Shown here: one piece after another, positions 63,729-64,000 of the stretch
Layout of the letters: every line of letters starts with the position of its first letter
Position numbering within the stretch: position 1 is the first letter of the stretch
Assembly: GCA_963705355.1 (NCBI GenBank)
Contig: OY970070.1
Span: forward strand, 287,741-351,740
Source of the DNA: an uncultured Thermoplasmata archaeon
GTDB lineage: Archaea; Thermoplasmatota; Thermoplasmata; UBA10834
Direction: 5' to 3'
Length of the DNA: 64,000 nt
The notes under the pieces: model-generated
What the model was told of the DNA's origin: nothing
The model's input: only the letters and a program-made list of their open reading frames with translations
Databases searched by the model: none
Translations under genes and position numbers: made by a program

Positions 63729-63812
63729 TAGGTCCGAGCTCAATCCCTGCTGATTGATGGTTTCTTGCGACATACTGGCTGGTCAAGGGTTCGAATCCCT
63801 GCGGCCCTACCA
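63729..63812 (+). repeat. R2 module B: tRNA-3'-end-like element ending ...AAGGGTTCGAATCCCTGCGGCCCTACCA
   Basis: Paralogous to module A. T-arm-like GGGTTCGAATCCC followed by an acceptor-like GCGGCCCT and ACCA. Confidence 0.5.
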
Positions 63813-64000
63813 CCGAGGATTTAGCACAACCGCATTTGTCGTGTTTGGTCAGGATTCTTGTCCACTCAATCTGATGCGTGTCTAACCGAGTATGTTTGCC
63901 TTTTGTCTAGTTTCGAGTTCCCCACCGAGGAGAGAAAGAACCATCTAGTGGAAGAAAATACCTCGACAGCACAGGGAACCGTCTAAGGACTCTGAATGGT

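Overview
This 64 kb window is GC-rich (~56%) and almost certainly archaeal. Supporting this: a fused thiD-thiN gene, archaeal/eukaryal-type GlyRS and ValRS, diphthine synthase, Trm5, an mre11-rad50 pair, a tRNA-Gly, and many genes with a TATA-like box ~25-30 nt upstream of the start codon, suggesting leaderless transcripts. The lineage is uncertain; a peptide-degrading Thermoplasmatota-like organism is a guess. 

The window divides into three parts: 
- **1-20 kb, housekeeping:** a partial GT4 glycosyltransferase, thiDN, a LUD/CCG iron-sulfur oxidoreductase, ThpR, a PrsW-like protease, a small ferredoxin, an amidohydrolase, Usp and CBS proteins, glyS, an orphan SPPY-type DNA methyltransferase with a SWIM-domain protein, valS, a DEAD-box helicase, tRNA-Gly(GCC), FolC and an AsnB-like PP-loop ATPase. 
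- **20.3-25.1 kb, the most unusual locus:** a eukaryote-like Rab/Ras-family small GTPase gene sits immediately upstream of a ~1400-aa, signal-peptide-bearing surface protein made of cadherin-like repeats. That protein ends in a single transmembrane helix followed by a cytoplasmic Roadblock/LC7 (MglB-like) domain. I read this as a candidate receptor-coupled small-GTPase module. 
- **25-46 kb, mixed genes:** DUF885, an APC transporter fused to tandem Usp domains, NUDIX, an M28 peptidase, a SprT-like protein, a prenyltransferase-like protein, DUF72, rad50 and mre11 translationally overlapped with a CPA2 antiporter, a divergent FtsZ/tubulin-like protein, saccharopine-dehydrogenase-like protein, dph5, trm5, dcd and an M42 peptidase. 
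- **46.1-63.8 kb, a mobile/accessory island:** it opens with a tyrosine-recombinase (integrase) gene and contains an IS110-family element, a family of short repeats (R1, 'GGAAAAGCCCATAGGGGAGGAAAGGCGA...') and two tRNA-3'-end-like modules (R2). Its cargo is dominated by peptide catabolism: M20 and M29-like peptidases, DUF917, a complete oppABCDF operon, a C1B bleomycin-hydrolase-type peptidase, a QueG-like Fe-S protein and an Isf-type flavoprotein. 

Many long antisense ORFs in the six-frame track are artefacts of the high GC content.
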